The position numbers were made by a program, and so were the translations under genes. Of a stretch of DNA of 64,000 nucleotides, positions 37,786-47,351 are shown one piece after another (within the stretch, counting starts at the first letter, position 1; every line of letters starts with the position of its first letter). The notes beneath the pieces are model-generated. The model did not search any database and was not told where the DNA came from. It saw nothing but the letters and a program-made list of their open reading frames with translations. This stretch comes from an uncultured Verrucomicrobiae bacterium (lineage in GTDB: Bacteria; Verrucomicrobiota; Verrucomicrobiia; Limisphaerales; UBA11358): positions 16,448 through 80,447 of the forward strand of contig CAVWHM010000028.1 in NCBI GenBank assembly GCA_963754775.1, in the 5' to 3' direction.

Positions 37786-38490
37786 ATGGTTTCGCCCAAA
37801 ACCAAAAAGGATTTGCGCCGCGCTTACGACCTCATGCGCGCCCGGTTCGGCCATCAGCATTGGTGGCCGGGCGAAACGCCGTTTGAGGTCTGCGTGGGCG
37901 CAATCCTCACGCAAAACACCGCGTGGACGAACGTCGAGCGCGCCATCGCCAATCTGAAGGCGGCGCAGGTGCTCGAACCGGAAAAATTGTTTGCGCTGCC
38001 GGAAGCGAAACTGGCGGAACTGATTCGTCCCGCCGGTTATTTCAACGTCAAGGCGCGCCGGCTGCGCTCGTTTCTGCGCGTGCTCGTGGAGACGTTTGGC
38101 GGCGATTTGGACCAGCTGTTTGCCGGTGAAACTTACGTGGTTCGCGAGCGGTTGCTGGCCATCCACGGCGTCGGGCCGGAGACGGCGGACAGCCTGCTGC
38201 TTTACGCGGGCGGACATCACAGTTTCGTGATTGACGCCTACACGAAACGGATTTTTCAGCGGCATAATTGGAGTCCACAGTCCAAAGTCCCGAGTCCAAA
38301 GTCAGCGGGCGATTACGACGAATTGAAGGCGTTGTGCGAATCGGCACTGGGCCAAAAGCGGGGCGCAGTGCGGCTGGATTACTGGCAGGATTATCACGCG
38401 CAACTGGTGATGGTGGGAAAACATTTTTGCCGGACGCGTGCGCCGCATTGTGACGAATGCCCGCTCAAGCCGCTGCTGCCGCGGAGGTGA
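37786..38490 (+). CDS. endonuclease III-related HhH-GPD family protein with in-frame heptamer repeat insertion
   Basis: WWPGETPFEVCVGAILTQNTAWTNVERA, HGVGPETADSLLLYA and C-terminal cysteines CRTRAPHCDECPL. Confidence 0.8.
   Translation: MVSPKTKKDLRRAYDLMRARFGHQHWWPGETPFEVCVGAILTQNTAWTNVERAIANLKAAQVLEPEKLFALPEAKLAELIRPAGYFNVKARRLRSFLRVLVETFGGDLDQLFAGETYVVRERLLAIHGVGPETADSLLLYAGGHHSFVIDAYTKRIFQRHNWSPQSKVPSPKSAGDYDELKALCESALGQKRGAVRLDYWQDYHAQLVMVGKHFCRTRAPHCDECPLKPLLPRR
38272..38306. repeat. AGTCCAN heptamer array (single arm) inside the EndoIII-like gene
   Basis: AGTCCAC AGTCCAA AGTCCCG AGTCCAA AGTCAGC, translated SPQSKVPSPKS. Confidence 0.7.
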
Positions 38491-38597
38491 AATGACTAAT
38501 AAATCCGAATGACTAAAGAATGACGAATTTCCCAAATCCGAATTGGCCATTTGAGCATTTGAAAATTCCTTCGTCATTATGGTTTAGTCATTCGTAA
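38491..38597. repeat. AT-richer palindromic intergenic element (AATGACTAA/AATGACGAA arms)
   Basis: GAATGACTAAAGAATGACGAA (38507-38527) is complementary to TTCGTCATTATGGTTTAGTCATTC (38570-38593). Confidence 0.65.
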
Positions 38598-38657
38598 TTT
38601 CAACTGTGCGCTTGAGTTCAAGAAGATTCACGTTTAATTATCTGCGCCGTCACTCGC

Positions 38658-39386
38658 ATGAATTCGACACTTATCATCGTGCCGACCGTCAATGAACGGG
38701 AAAATCTCCCGCGCGTGGCGCAAAAATTGTTGTCGCTCCCGGTGCCGGTGGACCTGCTGGTGGTGGACGGCAATTCATCGGATGACACGGGGAAAATCGC
38801 GGACGAACTTGCCGCGAAACATCCGCAGATTCATGTCCTGCATGAGCAGAAGAAAAACGGGCTGGGCCGGGCCTACATTGCCGGTTTCAAATGGGCGCTG
38901 GAGCGCGGCTATGAATTCATCTTCGAAATGGACTGCGACTTTTCGCACGACCCGGACGAGATCCCGAATTTTCTCAAGGCCGCCCAGGGCGCCGACCTCG
39001 TGCTCGGCTCGCGTTACACGGGCGGCGTGCGCGTGTTGAACTGGCCTCTCAAGCGGCTGCTCCTGAGCCGCTGTGCCGGCATCTACGTCTGGCTTATCAC
39101 CGGCATGCCCCTTACCGACCCGACCGGCGGCTACAAATGTTTCCGCCGCCGCGCGCTCCAGGCCATCAAACTCGACGCGGTGAAATCCGACGGCTACAGT
39201 TTTCAAATCGAAATGACGCACTGGCTCTGGCGCGAGGGGTTCACGGTCGCCGAAGTGCCGATTATTTTCACCGAGCGCATCGAAGGCGCCTCCAAAATCA
39301 CGCGCGGCATCATCATCGAAGCGTTCTGGATGGTCTGGTGGCTGTGGCTGCAAAACGGTTGCCGCCGCTGGCCGCGCAAGCGCTAA
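38658..39386 (+). CDS. polyprenol-phosphate mannose synthase (GT2, Dpm1/Ppm1-like)
   Basis: IIVPTVNERENL, VVDGNSSDDTG, GLGRAYIAGF, FEMDCDFSHDP and GSRY motifs. Confidence 0.85.
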   Translation: MNSTLIIVPTVNERENLPRVAQKLLSLPVPVDLLVVDGNSSDDTGKIADELAAKHPQIHVLHEQKKNGLGRAYIAGFKWALERGYEFIFEMDCDFSHDPDEIPNFLKAAQGADLVLGSRYTGGVRVLNWPLKRLLLSRCAGIYVWLITGMPLTDPTGGYKCFRRRALQAIKLDAVKSDGYSFQIEMTHWLWREGFTVAEVPIIFTERIEGASKITRGIIIEAFWMVWWLWLQNGCRRWPRKR

Positions 39387-39467
39387 GGTTTAATCCCGGC
39401 CCGGCGGATTGTCTTCCCGGGCTTGCTATTGTCCGCCAGTCTGCCAGATTTATTCCATCAATCAAAA

Positions 39468-40008
39468 ATGATTATGAATGCAAACTGGTTCAAAAATTTG
39501 TTCGTCGCCGGGCTGGCGTTTGTTTCCACCGCCGACGCCGTTCAGGCCGCCATGCCCAAGGCCGGTGACACCGCGCCGTTGTTCACCGGCCAGGACCAGG
39601 ACGGCAAAATAGTGAAGCTGGCCGATCTCATCGGTAAAAAAATCGTGTTGCTCTATTTTTATCCGAAGGATTTCACCAGTGGTTGCACCAAGGAAGCCTG
39701 CGGTTTCCGGGATCGCATGAGTGAGTTGCAGAAAGACAACGTCGAAATCGTCGGCGTGAGTTTTGATTCCATTGAAAGCCACCAAAAATTCATCGCCCAA
39801 TACAAATTGAACTTCCGGCTGTTGGCCGATCCTTATGGGAAAATTGTTGATGCTTACGGCGTGAAATGGGGTGGCCGGAAATCTGGCCCGCCGCGTCAGC
39901 TTTCTTATCGGGCTCGACGGCAAAATTGTCCACATCACCGACGCGGCCAATCCCGATGTCCATTTCAGCGAGATGAAGGCGGCCATCGCCGGTTTAAAAA
40001 AGAATTGA
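39468..40008 (+). CDS. bcp: secreted peroxiredoxin (Bcp/AhpC-TSA family); apparent frameshift ~39870-39890
   Basis: Signal peptide, then GDTAPLFTGQDQDGK...VLLYFYPKDFTSGCTKEACGFRD. The conserved end RVSFLIGLDGKIVHITDAANPDVHFSEMKAAIAGLKKN* is in another frame. Confidence 0.8.
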
Positions 40009-40059
40009 ACTGCGAAATCCCGGCTCGTCAAAACCGGCGTTGGCTGGTAAACTTCGGAC

Positions 40060-41865
40060 GTGGAGTGGTGGTTTAAAAACCGGGTCGTGGCCCGGGCGCG
40101 CGATTTGTTCCGACGTCACTGGCAACGCGCGCTGCGCTGGCGCGAAAAGTTTGTCTTCAATGAGGAAGCCTTCCATCTGGTACTGGCCGGAATTGTCGGC
40201 GTTATCGGCGGTTTGGTGAACCTTTTCTTTTTTTATGCCGTGCACCTCGTTCAACCCTGGGATCCGGTGGAGTTCGCGGAAAAGCTGCCTGACTGGGAAC
40301 GCCTGCTGGTGCCGACCCTGGGCGGATTGGTGGCCGGCCTCATTTTGTATTGGGGTATCCGCCTGGTGGGACGGCAAGGCTCAAGCGATTTGCTGGAGGT
40401 GGTCGTTGCCGGCGACGGACGGCTGCCCTTTCGCACGGAATCGGTAAAAACGGCGTCGGCGCTGGTCAGCATTGCCACGGGCGCGTCCATCGGACGCGAA
40501 GGCGGCATCACGCAACTGTCGGCCACGCTGGCATCGAAGCTCGGGCAACTGGCGAAGTGGCCGCCCTACCGGCTGCGATTGCTGGTCGGGTGCGGGGCGG
40601 CGGCGGGCATTTCGGCGGCTTACAACGCACCGGTTGCGGGCGCAGTGTTCGCGTCGCTGATCGTGCTCGGCAATTTTTCCATGAGCCTCTTCGCGCCGCT
40701 CGTGTGCGCGTCGGTGATAGCGACGACTGTGTCGCGGAGTTTCTTCGGGATTCAACCCTGGTATCAAGTGCCGGCGTTTCCAGCCACAACTCCGGCGCAG
40801 TTGCCATGGTTTATCTTGATGGGCGCACTGTGCGGCGGTGTGAGCGCGCTTTTTTTGAAATTGCTGCGAGGAAGCCGGGAACGGTTCAACCAGCTTCACT
40901 GGCCGATTTACGTGAAGCTGATGCTGGCAGGCTTGATTGTGGGCGGTATTGCCGTTTTTTTCCCCGGTGTGTGCGGCAATGGCTATTTTGTCACCAACAA
41001 CATTCTGCGCGGCGATTTTGCGGATCCTTCCCATCCGCTGTCTGAATTAAGCGGCCTGTTTCTTGCCAAACTGCTGGCAACGATAGCGACCGTCGGCGCC
41101 GGCACGGTCGGCGGCGTGTTCACGCCAACCATGTTTTTGGGCGCGGGAGCGGGCGCGTTGTTCGGCGCGGCGTTGCATCAACTCGGTGGCGCGCCGGGCG
41201 TTCCGGCGGGCGCGTTTGCGCTGGTCGGGATGGGCGCCATGCTGGCGGGCACGACCCGGTCGCCGTTGCTGGCGATGATCCTGGCCTTTGAAATTTCGCT
41301 CGATTACTCGCTCATGCCGCCGTTGATGCTGGCGTGCGTGGTGTCCGTGCTCGTGGCGCGGCAATTGCACGGGGAATCCATCTACACCGAACACATGCGC
41401 CTGAAAGGTTTGTCGCTCCAGCGCGAAAGCGAACAGACGGGCGTGGCGATGGACAAGACCGTGGGCGATCTGATGCGCGCGCCGATACCGCCGTTGCGCG
41501 AGACGACGACATTCCGGCAAATCGCCGACCGGTTTCTCGTCAGTTCCAACAATTTTCTGCCCATCGTGGATGCCAAACAACAATTCATCGGTGTCGTGGC
41601 CTTGCAGGATTTGAAGGAGTTTTTGAACACAAGCCAGAGTTTCGAAGGGGTCATCGCCTACGACGTGATGCGGCCGCCGCCCAAATTCCTTACGCCCGGC
41701 CAACGGTTGCTCGACGCGCTGCCGATCGTGCTGGAAAGCGAACTGCGCAACGTGCCCGTGGTCAACAGCCCGGAGGAAAAACGCCTCGTCGGGTCCGTGT
41801 CCCGCGCCGAAGTGCTTGCCGTCTTCTCCGAAGCCATCGCGGAAAAAAGCAAGCCAGCCGGCTGA
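40060..41865 (+). CDS. ClC-family chloride channel/antiporter with C-terminal CBS pair
   Basis: GASIGREGG, GVFTP and GAMLAGTTRSPL motifs, followed by two CBS-like segments. GTG start. Confidence 0.9.
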   Translation: MEWWFKNRVVARARDLFRRHWQRALRWREKFVFNEEAFHLVLAGIVGVIGGLVNLFFFYAVHLVQPWDPVEFAEKLPDWERLLVPTLGGLVAGLILYWGIRLVGRQGSSDLLEVVVAGDGRLPFRTESVKTASALVSIATGASIGREGGITQLSATLASKLGQLAKWPPYRLRLLVGCGAAAGISAAYNAPVAGAVFASLIVLGNFSMSLFAPLVCASVIATTVSRSFFGIQPWYQVPAFPATTPAQLPWFILMGALCGGVSALFLKLLRGSRERFNQLHWPIYVKLMLAGLIVGGIAVFFPGVCGNGYFVTNNILRGDFADPSHPLSELSGLFLAKLLATIATVGAGTVGGVFTPTMFLGAGAGALFGAALHQLGGAPGVPAGAFALVGMGAMLAGTTRSPLLAMILAFEISLDYSLMPPLMLACVVSVLVARQLHGESIYTEHMRLKGLSLQRESEQTGVAMDKTVGDLMRAPIPPLRETTTFRQIADRFLVSSNNFLPIVDAKQQFIGVVALQDLKEFLNTSQSFEGVIAYDVMRPPPKFLTPGQRLLDALPIVLESELRNVPVVNSPEEKRLVGSVSRAEVLAVFSEAIAEKSKPAG

Positions 41866-41966
41866 AAGGTGGCGAGGGGCGGGAGACCGGGGACGGATTT
41901 TTGAATTTTGGCGTGTGCCGGCTTTCTTGCCGCTTGTCACTGGCCGCCGGTCACTTAATCTTTTCC

Positions 41967-43254
41967 GTGTCCCTCAAAATCGGCGACCAGTTCACTTTGA
42001 CGATTCACGACATCGCCTTCGGCGGCGAAGGGGTCGGGCGGTATGTCGAAACGCGTTTCGAGCGAAGGAAACGAGCCCCTCGCCCCGACCCTCTCCTCGC
42101 CTGGGCGGGGAGACGGTGGCCGAAGGCCGGGTGAGGGGAATGTGCGCAATGACGGTTTGATTGTGTTCGTTCCATTCGTCTTGGTTGGCGAAGTTGTCGG
42201 AGTGGAAATCAAAGAGGTGAAAAAGAATTTTGCCCGCGCAAGGCTGTTGCGCGTCGTGCAACCGTCGCCAGAACGCGTCGAGCCAGCCTGCCGCTACTTT
42301 GGCGCGTGCGGAGGCTGCCAGTATCAGCATGTGGATTACGCGGCGCAGTTGCGGCTCAAGCAAAAGCAAATCGCCGATTTATTCGAACATATCGGCAAAT
42401 TTCCGCGCGAGACCGTCGCGCCGGTGGTTCCCTGTCCGCAACCATACGCTTATCGTAATCGCATCATGATTCGCAGCCAGTGGAACAAGCCGGAGCAAAA
42501 ACTGAACATCGGCTTCGTGCGTTGGGACTGCGGTCTGGTCGAAGACATCGAGGAATGCAAAATCGCCGAGCCGGCGCTCAATCAGGAAATCCGGCGCGTC
42601 CGCCAAAACCCGCCGCCGAAGGGCGGCATCAAGGTCGTGTTGCGGATTCCGCCGGAAAACTGGGACGTGCCGCCGGACTCGTTTTTCCAGAACAATTTTT
42701 TCCTGCTGCCAAAGCTCGTTGAAACCGTCCGCGAATTTTTGCGCGCGGGCGGGGCGCGGCATCTGGTGGATTTATATTGCGGCGTCGGTTTTTTCAGCAT
42801 CGAACTGGCGGATGCGGTTGAATCGTTTGTCGGGGTTGAATACGACCAGCGCGCCATCCAATCGGCGCGGCGCAACGCCGAGGCGCGCAAAATCGGCAAC
42901 GGCCGGTTCATTGCCGCGACCGTCGAGGAAGTTTTGCCGGAGACAATGAAGCGCTTTCCGCCACCGATGACAACGGTCATTCTCGACCCGCCGCGCAAGG
43001 GCTGTCTGCCGCGGACGTTGGAATTCCTGCGTGAAATGCAGCCGGCGCAAATTGTTTATGTCTCGTGCCATCCGGCGACGATGGCGCGGGACTTGAACAT
43101 TTTGTGCGGCAACGGTGTCTTTAAGTTGGTGCGCGTGACGCCGCTGGACATGTTCCCGCAAACACAGCATGTGGAATGCGTGGCGGACGTGCGCGCCGGG
43201 CAAAGTAGTCTTGCCAAGCGGCAAAACATGGGTTCAACTGGGCCAGTTCAATGA
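41967..43254 (+). CDS. TRAM-domain SAM-dependent RNA (uracil-5)-methyltransferase, RumA/TrmA family; repeat insertion with frame change in the TRAM domain
   Basis: N-terminus VSLKIGDQFTLTIHDIAFGGEGVGRY lies in one frame. GLIVFVPFVLVGEVVGVEIKEVKK..., the CRYFGACGGCQYQH Fe-S cluster and DLYCGVGFF, DPPRKG, YVSCHP continue in ORF 42043-43254. The start codon is uncertain. Confidence 0.75.
42076..42138. repeat. CCCCTC.CC...GGGTGAGGGG palindromic element inside the methyltransferase gene
   Basis: CCCCTCGCCCCGACCCTCTCC...GGAGACGGTGGCCGAAGGCCGGGTGAGGGG, the same family as the pabB insertion at 29923-30070. Confidence 0.65.
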
Positions 43255-46172
43255 CAACGGAAACACGCAATGATCCGCGGAAAAGTTTTGTTCCGCGCTT
43301 TCTGCCATGGCTGCTGGCGGCGGCGGCGCTGGCGGCTTATTGGCTTACCCTGAACCGCTGGGTGTCGCAGCTTAACCTGGCAGCGGTAGCCAAAATTTCG
43401 GGCTGGATGTGGCAGCCGGAATTGGCCAATCCGCTTCTGTTTCTCGTCACCTTTCCCTTCCGCTGGCTGCCGGCGGCGCAAATTCCAATCGCGTTGAATG
43501 TTTTGTCCGCCGCGTGCGCGGCGGCGACGCTCGGCTTGCTCGCGCGTTCGGTGACGTTGCTGCCGCACGACCGCACCGACGCGCAACGCCGGCGCGAGCG
43601 CAGCGATTTTTCGTTTCTGACGATCGGCAGCGCGTGGCTGCCGCCGGTTTTGGCGGTGGCGGTTTGCGGTCTGCAACTGACGTTCTGGGAGCACGCGACG
43701 AATTTCACGGGCGAAATGTTTGACTTGTTGCTGTTCGCATTCGTGATTTGGTTGCTGCTCGAATACCGGCTGGACGAACGGGTGGGGCGTTTGTATCTGG
43801 CCGCGGCCGTTTATGGCGCGGGGATGGCGGAGAACTGGGCGATGGTGGGTTTTTTGCCGGTGTTCATTGCCGCGATCATCTGGATTCGCGGGCTGAGCTT
43901 TTTCAATCTGCGCTTTCTCCAGTGGATGGTCTTGTGCGGTCTGGCGGGGTTATCGTTGGTCCTGCTGCTGCCGACGTGGGCGGTGGTTTCCGGCAAAGTG
44001 CCGGGCGCGCTCTGGTGGCTGGGGTTAAAGTCCAGCCTGGCTCCGCAGTATAACGTGCTGAAACTATACTTTCTCTCGTGTATTCACCCGCAACAATATT
44101 TTGAGATACTGTTGTTGTTAATGGCCTACCTGATGCCGTTGTTCGTGCTGGCGATTCGCTGGCAGTCGTCCTTTGGCGACAGCAGCCGGATGGGCATGGC
44201 GCTGGCGAGTTTCATGTTTCACGTGGTGCATGCGGTCATTCTTTTTATCTGTGTCTGGCTGGTGTTTGATCCGCCATTCAGCCCCCGCGAAAAAGGTTTT
44301 GGATTGACGTTCTACTATCTCATCGCGTTGAGCGTGGGTTACTACAGCGGATATTTTCTGCTGGTGTTTGGCAAAAAGGCCTTCAGCCGCTCGCAACCGC
44401 CGCCGCCGGAGCCGCTGCAATTTTTGAATCCCTTCATTGTCGCTGGCGTATTCGTCCTGGCGGCATTGGCCATCACGGGACTGGTCTATAAAAACACAAC
44501 GCAAGTTCGCGGCGTCAATGACAACACGCTCTCTCAATATGCGTCGTTCCTGGAGGAAAATTTGCCGCGCGGCGGAGGCTATTTGTTGTCCGACGATCCT
44601 CAACATTTGTTTCTCGCGCAGGCGGTGCTGGCGCGTGATGGCCGGGCGAAGGAATTTGTGCCGCTCCTCACGGAATCCCTGGTCGTGCCGGCGTATCACC
44701 GTTTTTTGCACCGCGAATTTCCGCAAAAATGGCCGGAACTGGTCTCGGCCACGCAAAACAATGCGCTCAATCCTCTGGGATTAATCGGCGTTTTGAATCT
44801 GCTTTCCAAAACCAATGAGCTTTACTACCTGCATCCCAGCTTCGGCTATTACTTTGAGCAATTTTATCTGGAACCGCACGGCTCGGTTTACAAATTAAAA
44901 CCGCTTCCGGACGAAACTCTCCTGCCGCCGCCGCTGGACCAAAAGCAAATCGCCGAAAATGAAGCCTTCTGGTCGCGCGTGGCCGACGATGCATTTCCTG
45001 ACATCGAGCAGGAGATCGCGCCATCCGATTCCGGCGCGCCCAGGACTTTGGGGCAGCGCTTTCTGGCACGCCTCCATGTTGTGCGCGAGCAAAATCCAAA
45101 CGCGGTGGCCGCCGGCTTTTATTATTCGCGCGACCTCGATTTCTGGGGTGTCCAGTTGCAGCGCGCCGGTGAACTGGAAAAGGCAGCCGGCTGTTTTGAG
45201 AGGGCACAAACACTCAATCCGGACAATGTCGTCGCGCAAATCAACCTGCATTTCAACCAGGACCTGCGCGCCGGTCGCACCGTGCCCATTACCCCGTCCA
45301 AAGTCACGAGAGATCAATTCGGCAAATATCATGACTGGAGTGAGGTCGTCAACGTCTGCGGGCCGTTTGATGAACCGAGCTTCTGTTTCGTAAATGGCTA
45401 CCTTTCGGCAAGAGACAACGGATTTTATCGCCAGGCCGTCGCGTCTTTCAACCGGGTTCGTGAACTCGATCCGGATTATCTGCCCGTGCGGCTCCTCCTC
45501 GCGCAAATTTATCTTTCCGCCCGCCTGCCTGACCGCGCGCTCGAAGTGCTCCATGACCCGCTCACGCAGCCTTCAAAATTCTCGCTCACGGATTCCAATT
45601 CCACCGAACTCAACGTTATGGCCGCCGGAGCCTATCTCCAAAAGACCAACCTCGCGCAGGGCATCCGGTTGCTCGAACTGGAAATCACCCGCCACCCGGA
45701 CAACAACGATTTGCTGACCGCCGCCGTGCAGGCCTTTGTGATGCGTGGTTTGTTTACCAACGCGTTGGCCGTCATTGATGGCAGATTGAAACTTGCGCCC
45801 GACGATCCGACCTGGCTTTTCGGCAAAGGCTACATTTGCATGCAGCTTCACGCCTACGACGATGCCGCTCCCGCCTTCACGCGCGTGCTCATCATCCAAA
45901 CGAACAACACCGCCGCACGCTTCAACCGTGCGCTGGCCTACTTCGACAGCGGCAAACTCGACGACGCGCGCGCCGATTACCAGCAGTTGCAGCAAACGCT
46001 CACCAATTCGTTCCCGGTCGCCTACGGCCTCGGCGAAATTGCGTGGCGCAAACACGAAACCAATGAGGCCATCAGAAATTACAAAATTTATCTGGCCAAC
46101 GTGAGTACCAACACCGCCGAGGCCACCAACGTCATCCTGCGGCTCCGCGAACTCGAAGGCCATTCACCCTGA
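43251..46172 (+). CDS. large polytopic membrane protein with C-terminal TPR repeats (GT-C-like, possibly DUF2723/TMEM260-like)
   Basis: Intact 973-aa ORF with ~11 N-terminal TM segments and a long TPR-like C-terminal half. ATGA overlap with the upstream gene. Confidence 0.6.
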   Translation: MTTETRNDPRKSFVPRFLPWLLAAAALAAYWLTLNRWVSQLNLAAVAKISGWMWQPELANPLLFLVTFPFRWLPAAQIPIALNVLSAACAAATLGLLARSVTLLPHDRTDAQRRRERSDFSFLTIGSAWLPPVLAVAVCGLQLTFWEHATNFTGEMFDLLLFAFVIWLLLEYRLDERVGRLYLAAAVYGAGMAENWAMVGFLPVFIAAIIWIRGLSFFNLRFLQWMVLCGLAGLSLVLLLPTWAVVSGKVPGALWWLGLKSSLAPQYNVLKLYFLSCIHPQQYFEILLLLMAYLMPLFVLAIRWQSSFGDSSRMGMALASFMFHVVHAVILFICVWLVFDPPFSPREKGFGLTFYYLIALSVGYYSGYFLLVFGKKAFSRSQPPPPEPLQFLNPFIVAGVFVLAALAITGLVYKNTTQVRGVNDNTLSQYASFLEENLPRGGGYLLSDDPQHLFLAQAVLARDGRAKEFVPLLTESLVVPAYHRFLHREFPQKWPELVSATQNNALNPLGLIGVLNLLSKTNELYYLHPSFGYYFEQFYLEPHGSVYKLKPLPDETLLPPPLDQKQIAENEAFWSRVADDAFPDIEQEIAPSDSGAPRTLGQRFLARLHVVREQNPNAVAAGFYYSRDLDFWGVQLQRAGELEKAAGCFERAQTLNPDNVVAQINLHFNQDLRAGRTVPITPSKVTRDQFGKYHDWSEVVNVCGPFDEPSFCFVNGYLSARDNGFYRQAVASFNRVRELDPDYLPVRLLLAQIYLSARLPDRALEVLHDPLTQPSKFSLTDSNSTELNVMAAGAYLQKTNLAQGIRLLELEITRHPDNNDLLTAAVQAFVMRGLFTNALAVIDGRLKLAPDDPTWLFGKGYICMQLHAYDDAAPAFTRVLIIQTNNTAARFNRALAYFDSGKLDDARADYQQLQQTLTNSFPVAYGLGEIAWRKHETNEAIRNYKIYLANVSTNTAEATNVILRLRELEGHSP

Positions 46173-46181
46173 AACGCGCCA

Positions 46182-47351
46182 ATGCGCGTCACCCACATTA
46201 TTACCCGGCTGGTTGTCGGCGGCGCGCAGGAAAACACCGTCGCCACCGTCCTCGGTTTGCGCCAGAAATTCGGTGTCGCCGTTGGTTTGATTTCCGGCCC
46301 GACCGCCGGTCCCGAAGGTTCCCTTGAACCCGAATTCGCCGGCACGCCCGGAATTCTCGCTCGCGTCTCCGAACTGGTTCGTCCCGTTCATCCGTGGAAG
46401 GATTGGATGGCGCTGCGCCGGCTCACGGAAATTCTCCGGCAAACCAGGCCCGACATCGTTCACACGCACAGCGGCAAGGCCGGCATTCTCGGCCGCCTCG
46501 CCGCGAAACGCGCCGCGGTTCCACTCGTCCTCCACACCATCCACGGCCCGTCATTCGGAAATTTTCAAAACGCGTTTTCCAATTTTGCTTTTCGCGCCGC
46601 CGAAAAGCATGCCGCCCGCGCCACGACACATTTCGTCGTCGTCGCCGATGCCATGAAAGCCCAATACCTCGCCGCCGGCATTGGCCGGCCGGAGCAATAT
46701 TCGAAAATTTTCAGCGGCTTTCCGCTCGAACCGTTTCTCGCGGTGAAAAACGACCCCGCCCTCCGCGCCCGATTCGGTTTGCAGCCCGGCGATTTCGTCG
46801 TCGGCAAAATCGCGCGACTGTTCAAACTGAAGGGCCATGACGATTTGTTCGCCGTCGCGCCCGAACTCGTCCGCCGCTGCCCGCGAATTAAATTTCTGAT
46901 TGTCGGCGACGGTGAATGGCGCGGACGATTTGAAAAACTCGCAAAATCCCCCGGCCTCGAACGCCATTTCATTTTCACCGGTCTTGTCCCGCCCGCCGAA
47001 ATGCCGCCGCTGGTCGGCATCATGGATGCGCTGGTGCATCTGTCGCTGCGTGAAGGTTTGCCGCGTGCCCTGCCGCAGGCGCTCGCCGCCGCCAAACCCG
47101 TCGTCGCTTACGATTGCGATGGTGCCAGCGAAGTTTGTCTCGATAGCCGGACCGGATTTTTAGTCCAGCCCGGCGATCTGGCCGGTTTGAAAAATCGTGT
47201 CCTCCAGCTCGCGAATGACCCTGGGCTTTGTAAAAAGCTTGGCCAGGCCGGAACGGACTTTGTCTGCGAAAATTTCGCCGTCGAAAAAATGGTGGACGCC
47301 ATCTATAATCTCTACCTGAAGCTGGCCGCCGAACACGGCCTGCACTTGTGA
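46182..47351 (+). CDS. glycosyltransferase family 4 (GT-B, group 1)
   Basis: MRVTHIITRLVVGGAQ..., HTHSGKAG and a C-terminal E(x7)E-like region (SLREGLPRALPQALAAAKPVV). Confidence 0.85.
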   Translation: MRVTHIITRLVVGGAQENTVATVLGLRQKFGVAVGLISGPTAGPEGSLEPEFAGTPGILARVSELVRPVHPWKDWMALRRLTEILRQTRPDIVHTHSGKAGILGRLAAKRAAVPLVLHTIHGPSFGNFQNAFSNFAFRAAEKHAARATTHFVVVADAMKAQYLAAGIGRPEQYSKIFSGFPLEPFLAVKNDPALRARFGLQPGDFVVGKIARLFKLKGHDDLFAVAPELVRRCPRIKFLIVGDGEWRGRFEKLAKSPGLERHFIFTGLVPPAEMPPLVGIMDALVHLSLREGLPRALPQALAAAKPVVAYDCDGASEVCLDSRTGFLVQPGDLAGLKNRVLQLANDPGLCKKLGQAGTDFVCENFAVEKMVDAIYNLYLKLAAEHGLHL

